A stretch of 64,000 nt of DNA from Marsupella aquatica (lineage: Eukaryota > Plantae > Marchantiophyta): assembly GCA_973895155.1 (NCBI GenBank), contig OZ316896.1:21841622-21905621 (forward strand), in the 5' to 3' direction. The notes beneath the pieces are model-generated. The model made no database searches, was not told the origin of the DNA, and saw nothing but the letters and a program-made list of their open reading frames with translations. The number at the start of each line of letters is the position of its first letter. Within the stretch, counting starts at the first letter, position 1. The position numbers were made by a program, and so were the translations under genes. This document shows, piece after piece, positions 23,600-36,960 of the stretch.

Positions 23600-24800
23600 C
23601 ATTAAATTATAAATGTGTCCCCCGTTTTGTAAACAGTTTCACGTGAAATAGCACATTAAATTTATTTCAAGTTAATGTTTCCTAATTTTTGGGGGTACTT
23701 TGCACTATGTTCTTGTCCCCAAAGCCTAGCACATTAAATTTATTTGCGTCAAGATGTTTACTAATTTTTTCTGTCCCCAAGAATTGTCCCCAAGAAATAT
23801 ACTTCTGGGTCCCCTAAATGCAAAGTAATTCTTCGTGAACTCATGAGTGATACAAACAATTAATAGATCTCAAATAAATATACTCAAAAGTTCATGTGAT
23901 CTGATGTGTCTATCAACTAATGTGTTTACCAACTAAGACATTTCAATTTAGAGATCCATATATAAATACACTATTCACCCTAATTAGTGTTATATAAAAA
24001 TTAATATTAATATATAATTAGTATTATTAACATTAATTTTGGTAAAATTTATTTTGAACCCAAATAATATTAATTTTTGTTGATTTTCCAAACAATTTTG
24101 TTCACTTTAGTATAAAGTGCTTGTAAAAAATGGCTCATCTTTAGTCCAAAGTAACACTAATTGTTGTGAATTTTTCAAAATAATTTTTTTACTTTATTTT
24201 GTCACTTTTAAAACCATAGTAACACTAATTCATGTGCACAAAAAATAATGTTAGCATAAAATTAGTGTGATTAACACTAATTTACGAATATACCCTAAAA
24301 ATTGGTGTTTTTAAATTAATGTTAGTCACACTAATTATGATAAACATCTTAAATGTTTATGTTCCCAATGCCTACTATTTGTTTGCATTGCAATAATTAT
24401 AAATATTTAATATTATTACATCAAAATAATAATAACATGTTGTATATTTTTATGTAATTACCTTCATTCAAAATTGGTGGTGCTAAAAAAAAGTAATCAA
24501 TCAACAGAATACATAAAATCAAGAATAAATAAAATATGACTGGAATTTTTTTCACATAAAAAAATTAAATGGTGGAAAAAAAGACAAAAAAGTGAATTAA
24601 CTCCTCTTGCATGGACTAGTATCAAGGAGGGCCCTCATTTTGTCATCATAGATGCACAAGAAAACAATATTGATTGCATAGAAAATATTAATTGAATGAA
24701 ATAAAACATAATATTTTATTTAGTGCGAAAGAAAAAAATCACGATAATACCATATATTCTAAAAATTGCACATTTAAAAAATCAAGAAAATATGATAACC
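23600..24800. repeat. AT-rich region with reiterated TGTCCCC, GCACATTAAATTTATTT and ACACTAATT motifs (likely DNA-transposon subterminal sequence)
   Basis: GCACATTAAATTTATTT at ~23651 and ~23729; several TGTCCCC and ACACTAATT/AATTAGTGT copies in both orientations. Confidence 0.5.
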
Positions 24801-27800
24801 AATTCTAGTTATTGGTCGTTATGTTGGGGTCAACTTGCTGGAAGGTAGCTTTTTAGAATTTTTGGGGAAAGCCCAAAGAGACTACATCCTCCAAAAAGGC
24901 AGGCCGTAAAATATGCGAACTCATGAAGATCCCGTTTTTTCTATGAGCATTGTACTTCGCAAGGCGACTGTGGTGGAGGTGCTTGGTACAAGGGGGCATT
25001 ATCCAAGATCTCCCCTTTTCCACATTCCACTCACTTTTTTCCATTTTTCTCCACAATTTCAGAAAAAACTAGTGTCAATAGTAGCTACAGGCAACAGTCT
25101 GTAGTGTGATTTAAGTCCTCCTCTTTGGAGTGGTTGCACTCCTGAGGTGGCTTGACTCCCACAATCCCTGCAAGCTGGTTTGAGTGCAAGATGAAATTGG
25201 GGTTTGGTTTACCATTAGAAACCTCCTTCGGGCACTTCTTTCATTTAGCTTAGACTCTTGGCCTAGAGTTGTGTACCCATTTGGAATCTCCCCCCCCCCC
25301 CCCCTAAAACCAAAAAAGAGAGAGCTAAAGAAGAGTTGATAGTTTCCTTAGAGATCAAGTGTATGAGAAGAAAAGTCCAAAGTTGGGCTCAGAAGGATTT
25401 AGCCCATTGCTTCATGAGGCAGGACTTAATTTTACAGACTGAGTACTAAATGACCAAACCTCTCCTTTCGTTTTAGATGAGAAAGAACCACATCTCATGC
25501 ATAGGTATGACTCCCAGTTTGACATTGGTTTGAGGTTCTTTCAGCTGGACGCCCCTTCATTAGATATTTGGAGTTGTCCTTCTTCCTTAGAAAGCGGTAC
25601 TGTAAGTGTGCTTTGCAATTGGGCTCAGTACCAGCCATGTATTCTCATCAACTTTTTGCGTAGATATTACCTGGAAAACTGTCTGGTGACCAGTTTAAAG
25701 TATGGATTTCCCCCTTAAATTTGCCAAATACTTATCTAGCTTATGGCTTGAAACACCAGGTCTGATGGTTCTCCTAAAATCTAGGGAAATCAGATGGCTT
25801 ACATGAATTCATCAGAAACTAGTTCTGAGGGCCAAGAAAATACTTAAGAGGACCCCTCTAGCATCTCCTGGACTTAACCAGACCCTTAGGAGTAAGATGC
25901 CATCAAGACTTGGGCAAGATGGAGGTCCTGTTAAGTCTTTATGGCATCTTGCTGGACTGTTAATAAGTCCAGGGATGCCAAAGGGGTCTGTTAAGTCTTT
26001 TCTTGGGGGAGGGCTGAAGTCACCACACACATTCAACGGGAAACAATGGCTGGTCATTACTTTGGCTGCCTTGGCTGGGCATTGAAGAGCGCAAGTGAGA
26101 GTTTAGCTCATTTCAGTCTCAAGTCAGGGTTGGGTCTTTCTCATACTATACTTTAAGTTTGACTCATTTTCGGAGCTGGTCACCTGACCTTTCTGGACAT
26201 ACGCTCAACTGACCTTATATTTATATGCTCGTTTTGAAAGGAGGGTGAGCAAACCTTGTATGTCCTTACATTGGCCTTCACTGAATCGTATTAGACAAGT
26301 AAGTAATTTGAAAAGGAAGAAAAATAAGTTTGAACATCTCGTGTGTCCTCACTTTTGGCCACAAGGCAAGGTGTCACCTACAGGTTTATGCATGTTTTGA
26401 GTTTGGTTTTACGTGTGTGTTTGTGGTCCTTGGATAACCCTGCATCAGGACCTTGCATAACAGCATGAGTGCATTCTTTTCAACATGAGGCATTACTGCC
26501 ATATTTTCAAAGGAAAATATTAAAATATTAAAATATTATTTTATCCACCAGGTCCTATAAGAGCTCTCGCAATAACTTTCCACTTCATGACGGCAACAAC
26601 TTTCGAACCTAGAGTTTTGTGCGGTCCTATTTCTTCTTCTACTTTTTAGGTTTGGGTGGATAGTCTAGCACGCTAACTCACATACACATGTTAGGACCCC
26701 CTATTTCTGGTTGCACTCTAACCTAGGAATCACTTAGTTTGTAAAGAATAGACTAAGGACTACAATGGCCCACTGGGTCAACCCTACAGAACCAGGTCTG
26801 TCAGTGAGTGGCTTTTGTGGAGGTATATGCTTAATAGACCCCAAAACAACAGTTTATTGCTTGATAGACCTTAAATCCACTTGTTACCCAATCGACCACC
26901 TCTGACTGTTTCTTACTGGTGGTTCTTGTGAGGTGCACTACTGACAGAGTTTACCACCGTGAATTTAAATTTGCTATGATTTGTCGTTGTGGTATGCCGT
27001 AGTCATGTCAAGCCAGTGCAATCTGCATAGGTAACTATGATGCAATTTTGAGTATTTTTATGCTTGAAGACAGATCTAGTATGGTCATCAGGTGTTTAGG
27101 GGAGATAGCAACCCAGTTTTACTACCTCTCAACCTGAGAGCCTCCACAATGTTCATTACTGCTTTGTTGAAAATCTTCAGAAGTGCATTCATTAGGGACA
27201 AATCTGTTCCTGGATTTTCCCCACTTACAGATGCTTTCCTGGATTTGTGCAGATTTAGCACAAATCTGCACAAAAATTATTAAATGTTTTCAACCCTTTA
27301 TATCACAATACCATTCATGACAGCCAAAGAATCCAAACACCTGTCAAAATTTTCAAATTCCATGAAACTTTTGCCCCTATTGGGTTTGAGCTGCCTTTGC
27401 TTTCATTGCAAACAATTGAAGAAACTTTGCATTATGCATTCTCAACAAAGTAGCGATGAACATAGGCATCATTCAATACACAAGGATTAACAATTAAACA
27501 ACAAGAACAATTGATGATGATGTTAAATTCTTACACACCTAGTTGTTAGCTTGTCCCATCAAGGATCCTGGCCACATCTTAAATCTATGTGCAACTGCAT
27601 CTTATTCTTGGGCACGCTGTATCCCACAGTGGTAACCTGTCACATTCATGAATATATGTCCACTTCACACAGATCCCCGGCCCTCTACGCAAAAGATGCA
27701 CAATGGCATCATCCTCTCCAACAATGAACCTCCCAAAGTGTAGCTCACAACACTATAGGCCACCCAGAGATCATGCAAACGCCGACAAAAAGACAATGAG

Positions 27801-27977
27801 CCTCCCCATAATCTCCAGCCCACCTATGACAGACAGATATTGTCCTGAAAAATGTGAAACAATGAACATCTGGACCCCATTATGTGAGGATGATTTCACA
27901 ATGAACATCTGAAGACATTACACATATTGTCTTCACATGATTTTTGAAATACTTGGTCGTTGCAGCCTCGGTCAACC

Positions 27978-28050
27978 CTTAACCAAGCGGTTGATGGTTT
28001 TGTCAAGTCGCTTGCACCCATGGTCATGAATTGGGTTCACATTCTCATAT
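27978..28050 (+). mobile_element. Possible tRNA-derived SINE head remnant
   Basis: A-box-like TTAACCAAGCGG and B-box-like GGGTTCACATTCT about 50 bp apart; no cloverleaf. Confidence 0.25.
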
Positions 28051-28979
28051 ATGTACACAGTATAATACCCCATACGAGAACATTTCACCGGAAACTGGGC
28101 GCGTCAATTGGATAACAAATGGACTTTGGGGGTTGATCAGGAAGAAACTCTTGTTTGGGATCTGTTAAGCATGTACCTTGGCTTTTCTGCTTAGTCTTAT
28201 GTCATTATCATCCGCCCAAGCCACGCACCCTCCCCCCCCCACACCCGCCCCCCCCCCCCCCCCCGGGGCGGTCACCACTACCCCCAACAAAGAGACAGGT
28301 ATACTTCAGAGTTGTTTTTCTCTGTCAACTTGTTTGGTTCCTTTAGAGTTTCCCCAACAAAGACATAGATTCACTTGAGAGTTGCTTTTCTTTGCCAGAT
28401 TGTTTAGCTCCTTGAGAGTTTCGATTTTGTCCTTTCTTAAACTTCTTTTGCTTTTCTCCGTTGTACTTTGTTTGGCCTTTATTAGTTAATTGGTCCTTTT
28501 TCTTACTTTAGAGTGGGCGGCTTGCAATTATCAGTTCTATTACAAGCATAGGCGATGCACCTCCATGCGTCGACAGCATATTAACAACATTTTAAATTAA
28601 AGGCTTTCAATGGGATGAGGCAGGTTCCTCTCCCCTTTTCCCTTAAAAGAGATCAAATTTGAGCCCTATGCGTTATGATACACCGCAAAAGCAATGTCTA
28701 GGGGATTCCCTAAGTCTAGGGAAGTGAGCCCATGCAACATGTCTACAGTACTGCACTTCTACATGCCTTCTATCTAGGGATATGTGCCCATTGTCACCCA
28801 TCCTCACATGGATCAGGCGTGTAGAGTTATTTAGTAGATTACTATAAGAAAGATCGGTAGTGGAGAAAAGGGAGCTTGGATGGACAACCACCTTTGCAAA
28901 ATATGCTTGGATGGACCGCACCAGAACAATGAGATTCGCTAGGAAAGCACATTTTACAACTAAAGAAAACAACGAAACT

Positions 28980-29830
28980 ACCTTAGTTGACAATACTGTT
29001 TATAAAATCATTGCCAAGCTTATTGCCATCCGACTCAAAGTACTCCTGCATGAAATGATCAGCACTCAGCAGACTGAATTATTCATGGAAGACAGACTCT
29101 AGAAAATATATCTCTTGCATGTCTGACAAGAGATTGGATGAATCAACAGAAGCTGAAACCCTTGTTTCTAAATTAGACTATTTGGATAGATTCAATCATT
29201 TGTACATGTGGGAGACCATGCTGCTTTGGGGAATAGTAGTCAAATCATCAACATTCTGAAAGCTCTGCAACAGGACCTCCTCTAGGGTTCTAGTGAATGG
29301 GCAGCTTTCAAAATCAACTGACATTAGGCCGAGAATGAGGCAAGGCTGCCCTTTGTCACCAATTCTGTTTGTGATATCTACACAACCACTCACCAATTTT
29401 CTTGACATGAAAATGGCAGAGGGAAGATCGAGTGGAATATTAATGAATAATGATCTTCCAGATTGCTACCATCTGTTCGCAGATGATTGGTATGTTTATT
29501 CCTGCCACCAAGCATGCTTTCAATGAGGCTAAAAAAGCTTTGTTCTATTATCAAGATGCAAATGGGACCGATGGAATTTACAAAAGTCCATTATAATTCT
29601 GCTGGCAATAGATATAGTTCCAAATTGGCTTAGGGGGACAGGTTGCAAGATTTCCAGGACAGGAGAGGTGCAAAAGTCTACGGGGGTGCTATTTGGCTGT
29701 GGTTTGAAGGTGGAACTCTTCTATCAATTTGTCAAGACACAATAGTGGCTTAGCTTGATCTAATAAGCTTGGTCATCCATGGGGATACTTCTGCTGGTTA
29801 AAACATGTTTTGCAGACCAACTCCAATATA
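28980..29830 (+). mobile_element. L1-type LINE reverse transcriptase remnant
   Basis: Fragments NTVYKIIAKLIAIRLKVLLHEMISTQQ, LVNGQLSKS...RQGCPLSPILF and HLFADD are canonical non-LTR RT motifs, broken by frameshifts and stops. Confidence 0.9.
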
Positions 29831-30104
29831 AAGTGTGATGTTCTTTTAATTTTTTTGAAGAATTGGGTATCCCTCAAGGATAGTGCATACAAGATGTTGC
29901 AAGATGCTGGAAAGTATTGCACTCTTGGGATGATATGACAGTTTTTCTGTTGAGGTAATTGCTGGACAGCTGGGCATTAGAAGTATAGTTGATCATCAAT
30001 GGTTGGAGCCAAGGCATTCTTGGTGCAATTGTTGAGAGAAAATGTGACCTGCAATTATGGCATGCACACAAAATATCCAATGACCAAGTAGTCAACATAT
30101 AGAG

Positions 30105-30232
30105 ATACAACATATAGAGATACGTGGTTCACCTCCAATGAGGCTATGTCCTCAAGAACACTCAAAAGCTTTCAATTGCATTTTAGGTCCATCAGCCATA
30201 CCAAGTCTTTGCAGCACAAGCTCTCCCTATCT
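30105..30232. repeat. Diverged repeat shared with ~38232-38350 (probable copia LTR fragment)
   Basis: GTGGTTCACCTC...AGGCTA...GCCATACCAAGTCT.TGCA..ACAAG.TCTCCC at both sites. Confidence 0.65.
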
Positions 30233-30359
30233 CTCAAGTGACTCCATCATAGTCAGCTTGACTTCCTCCTCCACAAGAAAATATTACTTGCGTATATAGG
30301 ATGCAACACACAACTAACCTAACCAAGTCTGCAACTTGGTTAACCTAGAACTTATATTT

Positions 30360-31500
30360 CGTAGCATAATTAATGGTGTGAGAGACTCAATTAAACATTG
30401 TTTATTGGAGTGGTCACAAAGGATGTTGAGCCAAGTAGGTTAAATACCCAAAATTTCTGGGCGTGGCTAGAAGCTATCAACAATGCAACTTATTTGATAA
30501 ATACTTATCCTTCTAGTGCAATCAATATCAAAATGCATTATCAACAACAATTAGACTATCGTGACTTGGTAGCTAGTTTTGGGAAGTGATATATATGCTC
30601 TCACACCAAGTTGGATCTTATGTTCAAGAAACATGTTTTTCTTGGGTGATGAGAAGGCCTACACACTATGCTATCCTATTGCCTGTAAGTTGTTTGTCAA
30701 TAAGGATGTTTCCTTCAATGAATCCAAGATATTGAAGGAGGGGGAGAATGCTCAAGTCTTCCATACTTACACATGTAAATCTAGCTCCTATCCTAGATCT
30801 CATTGAAGGGGAGATCTATCATAGGTTACATGATAGTAGAAAAGAACACAAAGCATGGAGCTAATTCCTGTACCATGGGACTAGAGAAGTTTTTTGATGT
30901 TGGTGAGCAATAGGTGGTAATTAGTGCTTAGCCTCAAATCCCACCAGCAAATGCAAATCAACTAGACTTGTCAACTAAGAGGACATCCGGTTTCTCTCTA
31001 CGCTCTCCTCCCATGTATGGACAGTGGGTTTATTTATCATAGTTGCAGGAAGAGGATGAATTTTGTTGTTGATAATGAGAGTGATGCTTCAATTTTGGAG
31101 AAAAGAGATTCTTCTTCATTTCACGAGGCAAGTGCTTCAAAGGAGAAGCATAAGTGGACTGCAGTAACAATGCAAACAAAGATGTAGTCACTAAATGACA
31201 CAAAATTTGGGAGCAAGTCAAGTTGTTTGATGGTTAGCAAGTGATAGGGTCGACAAGAAGTGGCGAGGGAAGTGGTTTACAAGCTGAAGGGGGATAAAAC
31301 ATCTAGTACGTACATAGGAGAAAAGTGTGGATTGTAATGAGGTCTTCTCACTAATTGCTAAGTACTCTACAGGATGACTATTGCGTGTACACTTGTTATG
31401 TTTGGCCTGCTGATGGATCAAATGGATGTTATCATAATGTTCCTCTATGGCACCTTGGAAGAAGTGATCTTCATGAGACAACCACTTGGTTACTCATATA
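30360..31500 (+). mobile_element. Ty1/copia remnant (integrase C-terminus, SH3-like region, RT)
   Basis: FW..EAINNATYLINTYPSSAI (cf. FWAEAVNTAVYLINRSPS), KLFVNKDVSFNES (cf. SRDVVFDE), MDVIIMFLYGTLEEVIFMRQP (cf. MDVKTAFLHGDLEEEIYMEQP). Confidence 0.85.
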
Positions 31501-32331
31501 TTGGTGTAATATGTATTATATGAGCAAAAACCAAGGGTTTCACTATGGTCCATTGGTGTTGCAAAATCACTCCCAAGATCAGTCCAAGCAATTTGGCAAA
31601 TGCACAGGTCCATCCTCACTTAGATTTCTCTATCCCTAGTCTGTAACCTTAGTAACCAATTGTGTGCCACCCCCTTATAACAATCTCCACATACTAAAAT
31701 TCACCAAGACATTTCCACTGTCCCTGATGTAGGATAACAGAACAATCATGTGGATTGTCCTAGTCAACTCGGCTATTGGAAGGATGACACTATTGTTAAT
31801 AGGAGAAAAGCAAAGTGGCTCCCTTCAACGGGATCTGCAACAACTCCATCTCCAAGAACATGGACTCCCACCCAAGGAAAAACCAGATCACCCCACCGCC
31901 AGTCAAGAACTCCATTCCAAGGGGAAGCACATGCTTTTGCTCCATAGCAACATGGTATCTTGAATCCTGGGCTATGGCCGCCACCATGTCACAAATGTTG
32001 TTCTCTAGGATCCAAAGACACCCCACATTCAAACACAAGTAGGTTGGCCAAGGAGGCAGGGGTGAGCTAGGTATTCCCAAGACAAAGGGCAAAGACGTGG
32101 TAAAGAGGAAGGAGCCATACAAAAAGGCCCCAACAAAGGACTAGCAGATAGCCAGACACAAAAACCAGTACTTGCACAAGATAAGAGGGAAGCCCAAACT
32201 GAGTCTGAAGATGTGTTAGTGAACATGCTGGAAAGGAAAGGGTGTGACGATGCATACAATCAAAAATCATCTGCTGAACAGGATCTGGGCTGTCAAAGAC
32301 CATCTCCATGAAGTGATTGGGCCTGACACTT

Positions 32332-32609
32332 GGGGGTTTCACAATATGGAGGCCTCCCCATCACTTGTGACATTTTTTAGGCCTCGTATCCCCTAAAATG
32401 TAAGAAATTGTTTTAATTTTTTAACCCCTATAAAGTTAGAATAATCCAAAATTTGATTATAAAGACCCTAATGTTCTTATAAGTCTCAAATTGGATTTAA
32501 CAGACCTTATTGTTCTTCTGAGAAAATACTTAATTCTTCCATTGGAACCAATAAAATAACCTATACTTTGTCACACCTGATGTGCCATATTTATGGATAT
32601 GAAACCCCC
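32332..32609 (-). mobile_element. MITE family A, copy 2 (inverted relative to copies 1 and 3)
   Basis: TIRs GGGGGTTTCA...TGAAACCCCC; the internal sequence is the reverse complement of 36188-36481; no ORF. Confidence 0.8.
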
Positions 32610-35600
32610 GAGGCCTAGCAAACGCAAACCTGAAATGGGAGGACCGCATGCTCAACCCCCATGACGTGGTCAAGATCACTTTGTCCACATAAGGATTCTG
32701 AGGGACCCACTCCAGTCCATGAAGGATACTGAAACTTCTTGCACAAGTGATCTCTCAATTTCATGTAAAACCAAAATGGACGGGGCACTTAATATATGAG
32801 CAGGTTGCAATTAAACTCTTAGAAGTGACAGTCAACTTTGTAGTCTAGGACTTAAAAAGGCCCCTAAAAACACTATAATTTGTGATTGATCATGACCTGT
32901 TCCAAAAAGCGAAGCCATGGCTATAATTTCTCTCAAAACAAATCATATTTGATATTATAAAGGATTTTTGTGAGTAGGGTTGGGCATGGGAGTCTGGGAA
33001 CCTTTGGTGTGATAGGCACTGATATTTGGGTAGGGTGAACAATACAACTAAAGTATGTGTGTGAGTAGGGTCAGGCATGGGACTCAGCCAGCCCTTAGTG
33101 TGCATGAGCATAGGTATTGGGGCTAGTAGGTCGGAGTAAAGTTGGGTCTCATCGACGTTACAACACTCAATATATATTGTAAAATACTCAATGATAGAGC
33201 GGAAGTTCTTCATATTATTTAAATCTTATCTTCCTTAAGGAGGTAGTTTTTGAGGCATGAATTTTTTTTTATAATATTGATTGCATAAATATTTCAGATT
33301 GTCGTTACTTCTGACCTTCTTTCTGGCCAAAAGAGTCAATTTCCCTTCACCCTGCTCCCCTTTATCAGGCAAGGACTTGGCATGAGAGGTGGTTGAATGA
33401 CTCTTGCATAAGAGGGGTTGTACATTTCCGTGCACTAAAAATCAATTTTGCAACCAAAAGTAATGGAAAACAGTACACGGAAGAGAGTGCCCGCTATTCA
33501 TTCACTCCCTTTCTTGGAAAATTCATCTTTCTCGTGCTTGGTGGACTAATAGAAATACATAACTAGATAGGTATTTTCTCACTAAAGCTGCTGAGATTAA
33601 TTGTCCTATCTAATGACACCTTAGTGCCATCCAGGTTTGCCTGAAGTTTACAGAGTGCTTTTGAAACCTGACAAGATTTCTCTGGTTAAAATTTTAAAAA
33701 TATTTGAAGTATCCTGGTGTAAACATTGATTTTTCCAATTTGGAACACATTTCTAAAATTCAAAAAGTAATTCAAGATAAGAATATTTGCTTGCATTATT
33801 TATTGAATTTGAAGCGCCCAGGATCACAAGGCTGGTCTTTGAAACCTCCATGGACCACGTTTCCCAATTGTGATAACTTGATATTCATAATTGAATATTT
33901 TTTAGTTTTAGGGATATGCTAGAGCAGTAGGTAAAGCTACACTTTCCATCAAACTGACAAAAGTGGTTTTGGACATTTTGGTTGAAATTTTCATTGAAAA
34001 ATGCAAAAGCGTTAGTTCCATCAAATCAATTCTCATTGTACTCATATGAAATATATAGGCTTGTGTTTTTCTAAGTCTCCCCTTTCTCTAGTTGTTTTGC
34101 AGGTGCAAAACTAAAATCTATTCTAGTTTCCATAATCATCAAATTACGGGCGCTAAACTCTCATGGACCACCAAACTCTCATGGACCACCAAAATGTGAT
34201 CCATTTTATCCATAGTGGTTTCATTTCCATTATTTATTGGAATAAAATAATTAATATTTTGCACACATCCCTGTGTGAGGGAGCTTTAGGTCAATGGCTA
34301 CTCCTGAGGTAAGGGATGACAAGTTGACATCCTACCCAGTTTGGTACATAAAAGGGGTCCACACGGTGTCAAAAACAAACTAGATTAAGGAGAGTAGTAC
34401 AGATAGAAAGGTAACCTACAGGGGGACAAAATCCAATTGAAATGAATAGCAGTATGTATAAAGGTACTGCCACTTTAGACTAAGTCACGTGTCAACCCAT
34501 AAAATCTTTCATGTAAAAATTATTTACTGACTTAGAAAGGCTAACAATGGATAGATTTACAGGTGAGCGGTCACTGGCCCCAAAGCAAAGAGGGGTGTAT
34601 TTAGGTTATTAATATAAGTCAATAATGTTCTCGAGAAAGAAAACAAATATTCTATTCTATCCTCCCCAAATCTAGGGGATATTAACGGTTTAAATCACCA
34701 CTGTTCATATAAACTAAAAGTGTTCTATATTTCTCATAGTTTTCTTTTCTAGTGTAAAACTTTATTTAACAATTAAAAAAAATACTTAAAATATTGAAAC
34801 CTGGTGTACTTGTCATGGACAATGGCACTTTAAGTGGCAGTTTGTCTATATTGATAAAAACATATTTACATTTAATTATTGTGGTGAGTTGGCTCAGGTC
34901 ATTAAATGGTGCCCAATATTGTGCATTACATTGCTCACAAAAGTGAAGATATGAGGGTGTACGTAATTACATGCATGAAAACTATTCACAATGCATAGAT
35001 TCACATAAGCATAGAGTTTGCTCAACCTTACTCATGTCATGAAGCATAATCCAGCGGTAACAATCTTCATTGCGATAAGGTTTTAAGCTCAAGCTTCTAA
35101 AGGAGACCAGCTTTTGCACAAACCCCATTGACAGGCTCGACCACATCAACAGCTGTGTAACAAAGACCTTTGGTACACTACAAACTTGACATTGAGAAAA
35201 ATTGGAAGTCAATCTCTTATCACCTACAAGGAGACAGTCAGGTGAGAAGCATGGAAGAGTGGGCCCGAGAGGCTACACTAAATGAGTTTCCTAGGAACAG
35301 AATATGTTTGCTTTTAGTTGCCATAATTTTGACTGATAAAAATACTAAAGAAATGATATTTTGTGCCTGCCGGCAAAGTGGTGGGATGCCCTAGCCCCTA
35401 GATGTTGCAAGTAGGCCCTGGGCTAGAGAAATGTATCACAATATGGACATAGTCTAAATCCACCCATGCATGCGTGGGGCTTGTCAAAAACTTATCCTAC
35501 ATCATTATTGGGTTTCTTGTCTTTGGGATCCTGTCTCCTTGTTTGGCACTCAGATTTGTCTTTAGCAGTGTGATAAAAGTAACAACTTTGGGTAGGCTGG

Positions 35601-35989
35601 GCGCAATGATTTGTTTTTCCTTGTTGCTCTTGGACGGTAAACATGCAGACAACTTGACATCAAGAGGAGTTTGTAAGAGAATTATTTTGTAGGCTAGATG
35701 ACTACCTAGAGGATGATGTACTTCTATATGTTTGTCACACTAAAAGTTTGATCCTTTAGCGGATTCTACCCTACGCCTAACATAAGTTTTGGGCAAGGAG
35801 GGGTGTGTTATCCATATTTATTTACAAAAACAATCACTAAGCGTTCATATCTAGATGTGTATACTTAACTTTGTGTTCCGCCAGAATATACCCATAGTCA
35901 ATAGCTCGTGATCAACCCCGACTCAAGGACGTCTAAGCCTCTGTAGAATACTCCTCTGATTTGGCTCCAAAGATGTGGGCATAAACCCA

Positions 35990-36960
35990 GGCTAGCAACC
36001 ACTACTCACAACTTGCACCCTGTGAACCATTCAGATAGTGCTCAAACATATTGTCAAACACATCTTGTTTGATAAAATAATACCTAACGTCAATGTGTTT
36101 CACTCTATTGTCAATCACCTGGTTCACAACAAGGTAAAGTGCACTTTGAGTATTGCAATGGAGTTTCACACCCCAGTGACAATCTCAGGGGTTTCACTTC
36201 AACAAAAATAACACATCATGTGCAACAAATGATAGGGTCATTCTATTGGTTCAAAGGGAAGACTTAATAATTTTCTTAGAAGAACAACAGGGTCTTTTAA
36301 ATCCAATTTTGAGACTTATAAGAACATTAGGGTCATCCTAATAAGTTTTTTGGAATATTCCAAGAATATTTTAATTTTATAGGGGTTGAACAAAATAATT
36401 TATTTCTTACATTTTGGGGGGTACGAGGCCTACAAATGTTGGAGGTGATGGGAAGGCCTCCATATATATAGTGAGACCCCCTAGGTGACAATCTCATCTC
36501 AATGATAAGTCTATCCATTCAATAAAATTGCTTCCTTTGTTGCTTCCCCATTGCTTCCATTGCTGCACACATGCTTTGCTTATGTATATAGTAGATTGAG
36601 CAATACAAATTTTCAAAGTAGTCCTCCAACTTATCTATCCATCGACAAGTGTGAACACATACCCTATTGTTGATCTCCTCCGGTCCAAATCTTGTCCACA
36701 GCTAGTATCTACAAATTAGCCAATCAATGGTCTAGCATTCTTTGCATTTGCATCAAACAAAAGATCATGATCCACATTACCCTTCAAGCTTCTCATAGTC
36801 CACTTCAATGCTTTCTAGTGTAGTTTCCATGGATTTGACATGTACTTGCTCACCTTGCCCATAGCCATGGCAAGATCAAACTTAGTGCAAGTCATCAAAT
36901 AGAAGAGGTCACTCATTCCACTCCTTACGGTACTTTTGCTGCAATGCCATAAACAAGGAT
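35990..36960 (-). mobile_element. Ty1/copia RT-RNase H remnant interrupted by a MITE
   Basis: Minus-strand YLMTCTKFDLAMAMGKVSKYMSNP, DLDRRRSTIGYVFT and LHCNTQSALYLVVNQVIDNRVKHIDVRYYFIKQ match copia RT C-terminal and RNase H motifs. Confidence 0.88.
36188..36481 (+). mobile_element. MITE family A, copy 3, nested in copia RNase H
   Basis: TIRs GGGGTTTCAC...GTGAGACCCC; splits the copia RNase H reading frame. Confidence 0.8.

Noticed and set aside
23186-23602. 138-aa minus-strand ORF
   Set aside because: No domain resemblance; it spans the AT/GC boundary and is explained by high GC content.
35790-35812. Polypurine tract followed by TGTTA, a possible LTR start
   Set aside because: Opposite orientation to the adjacent copia fragment, and no matching second LTR or TSD found.
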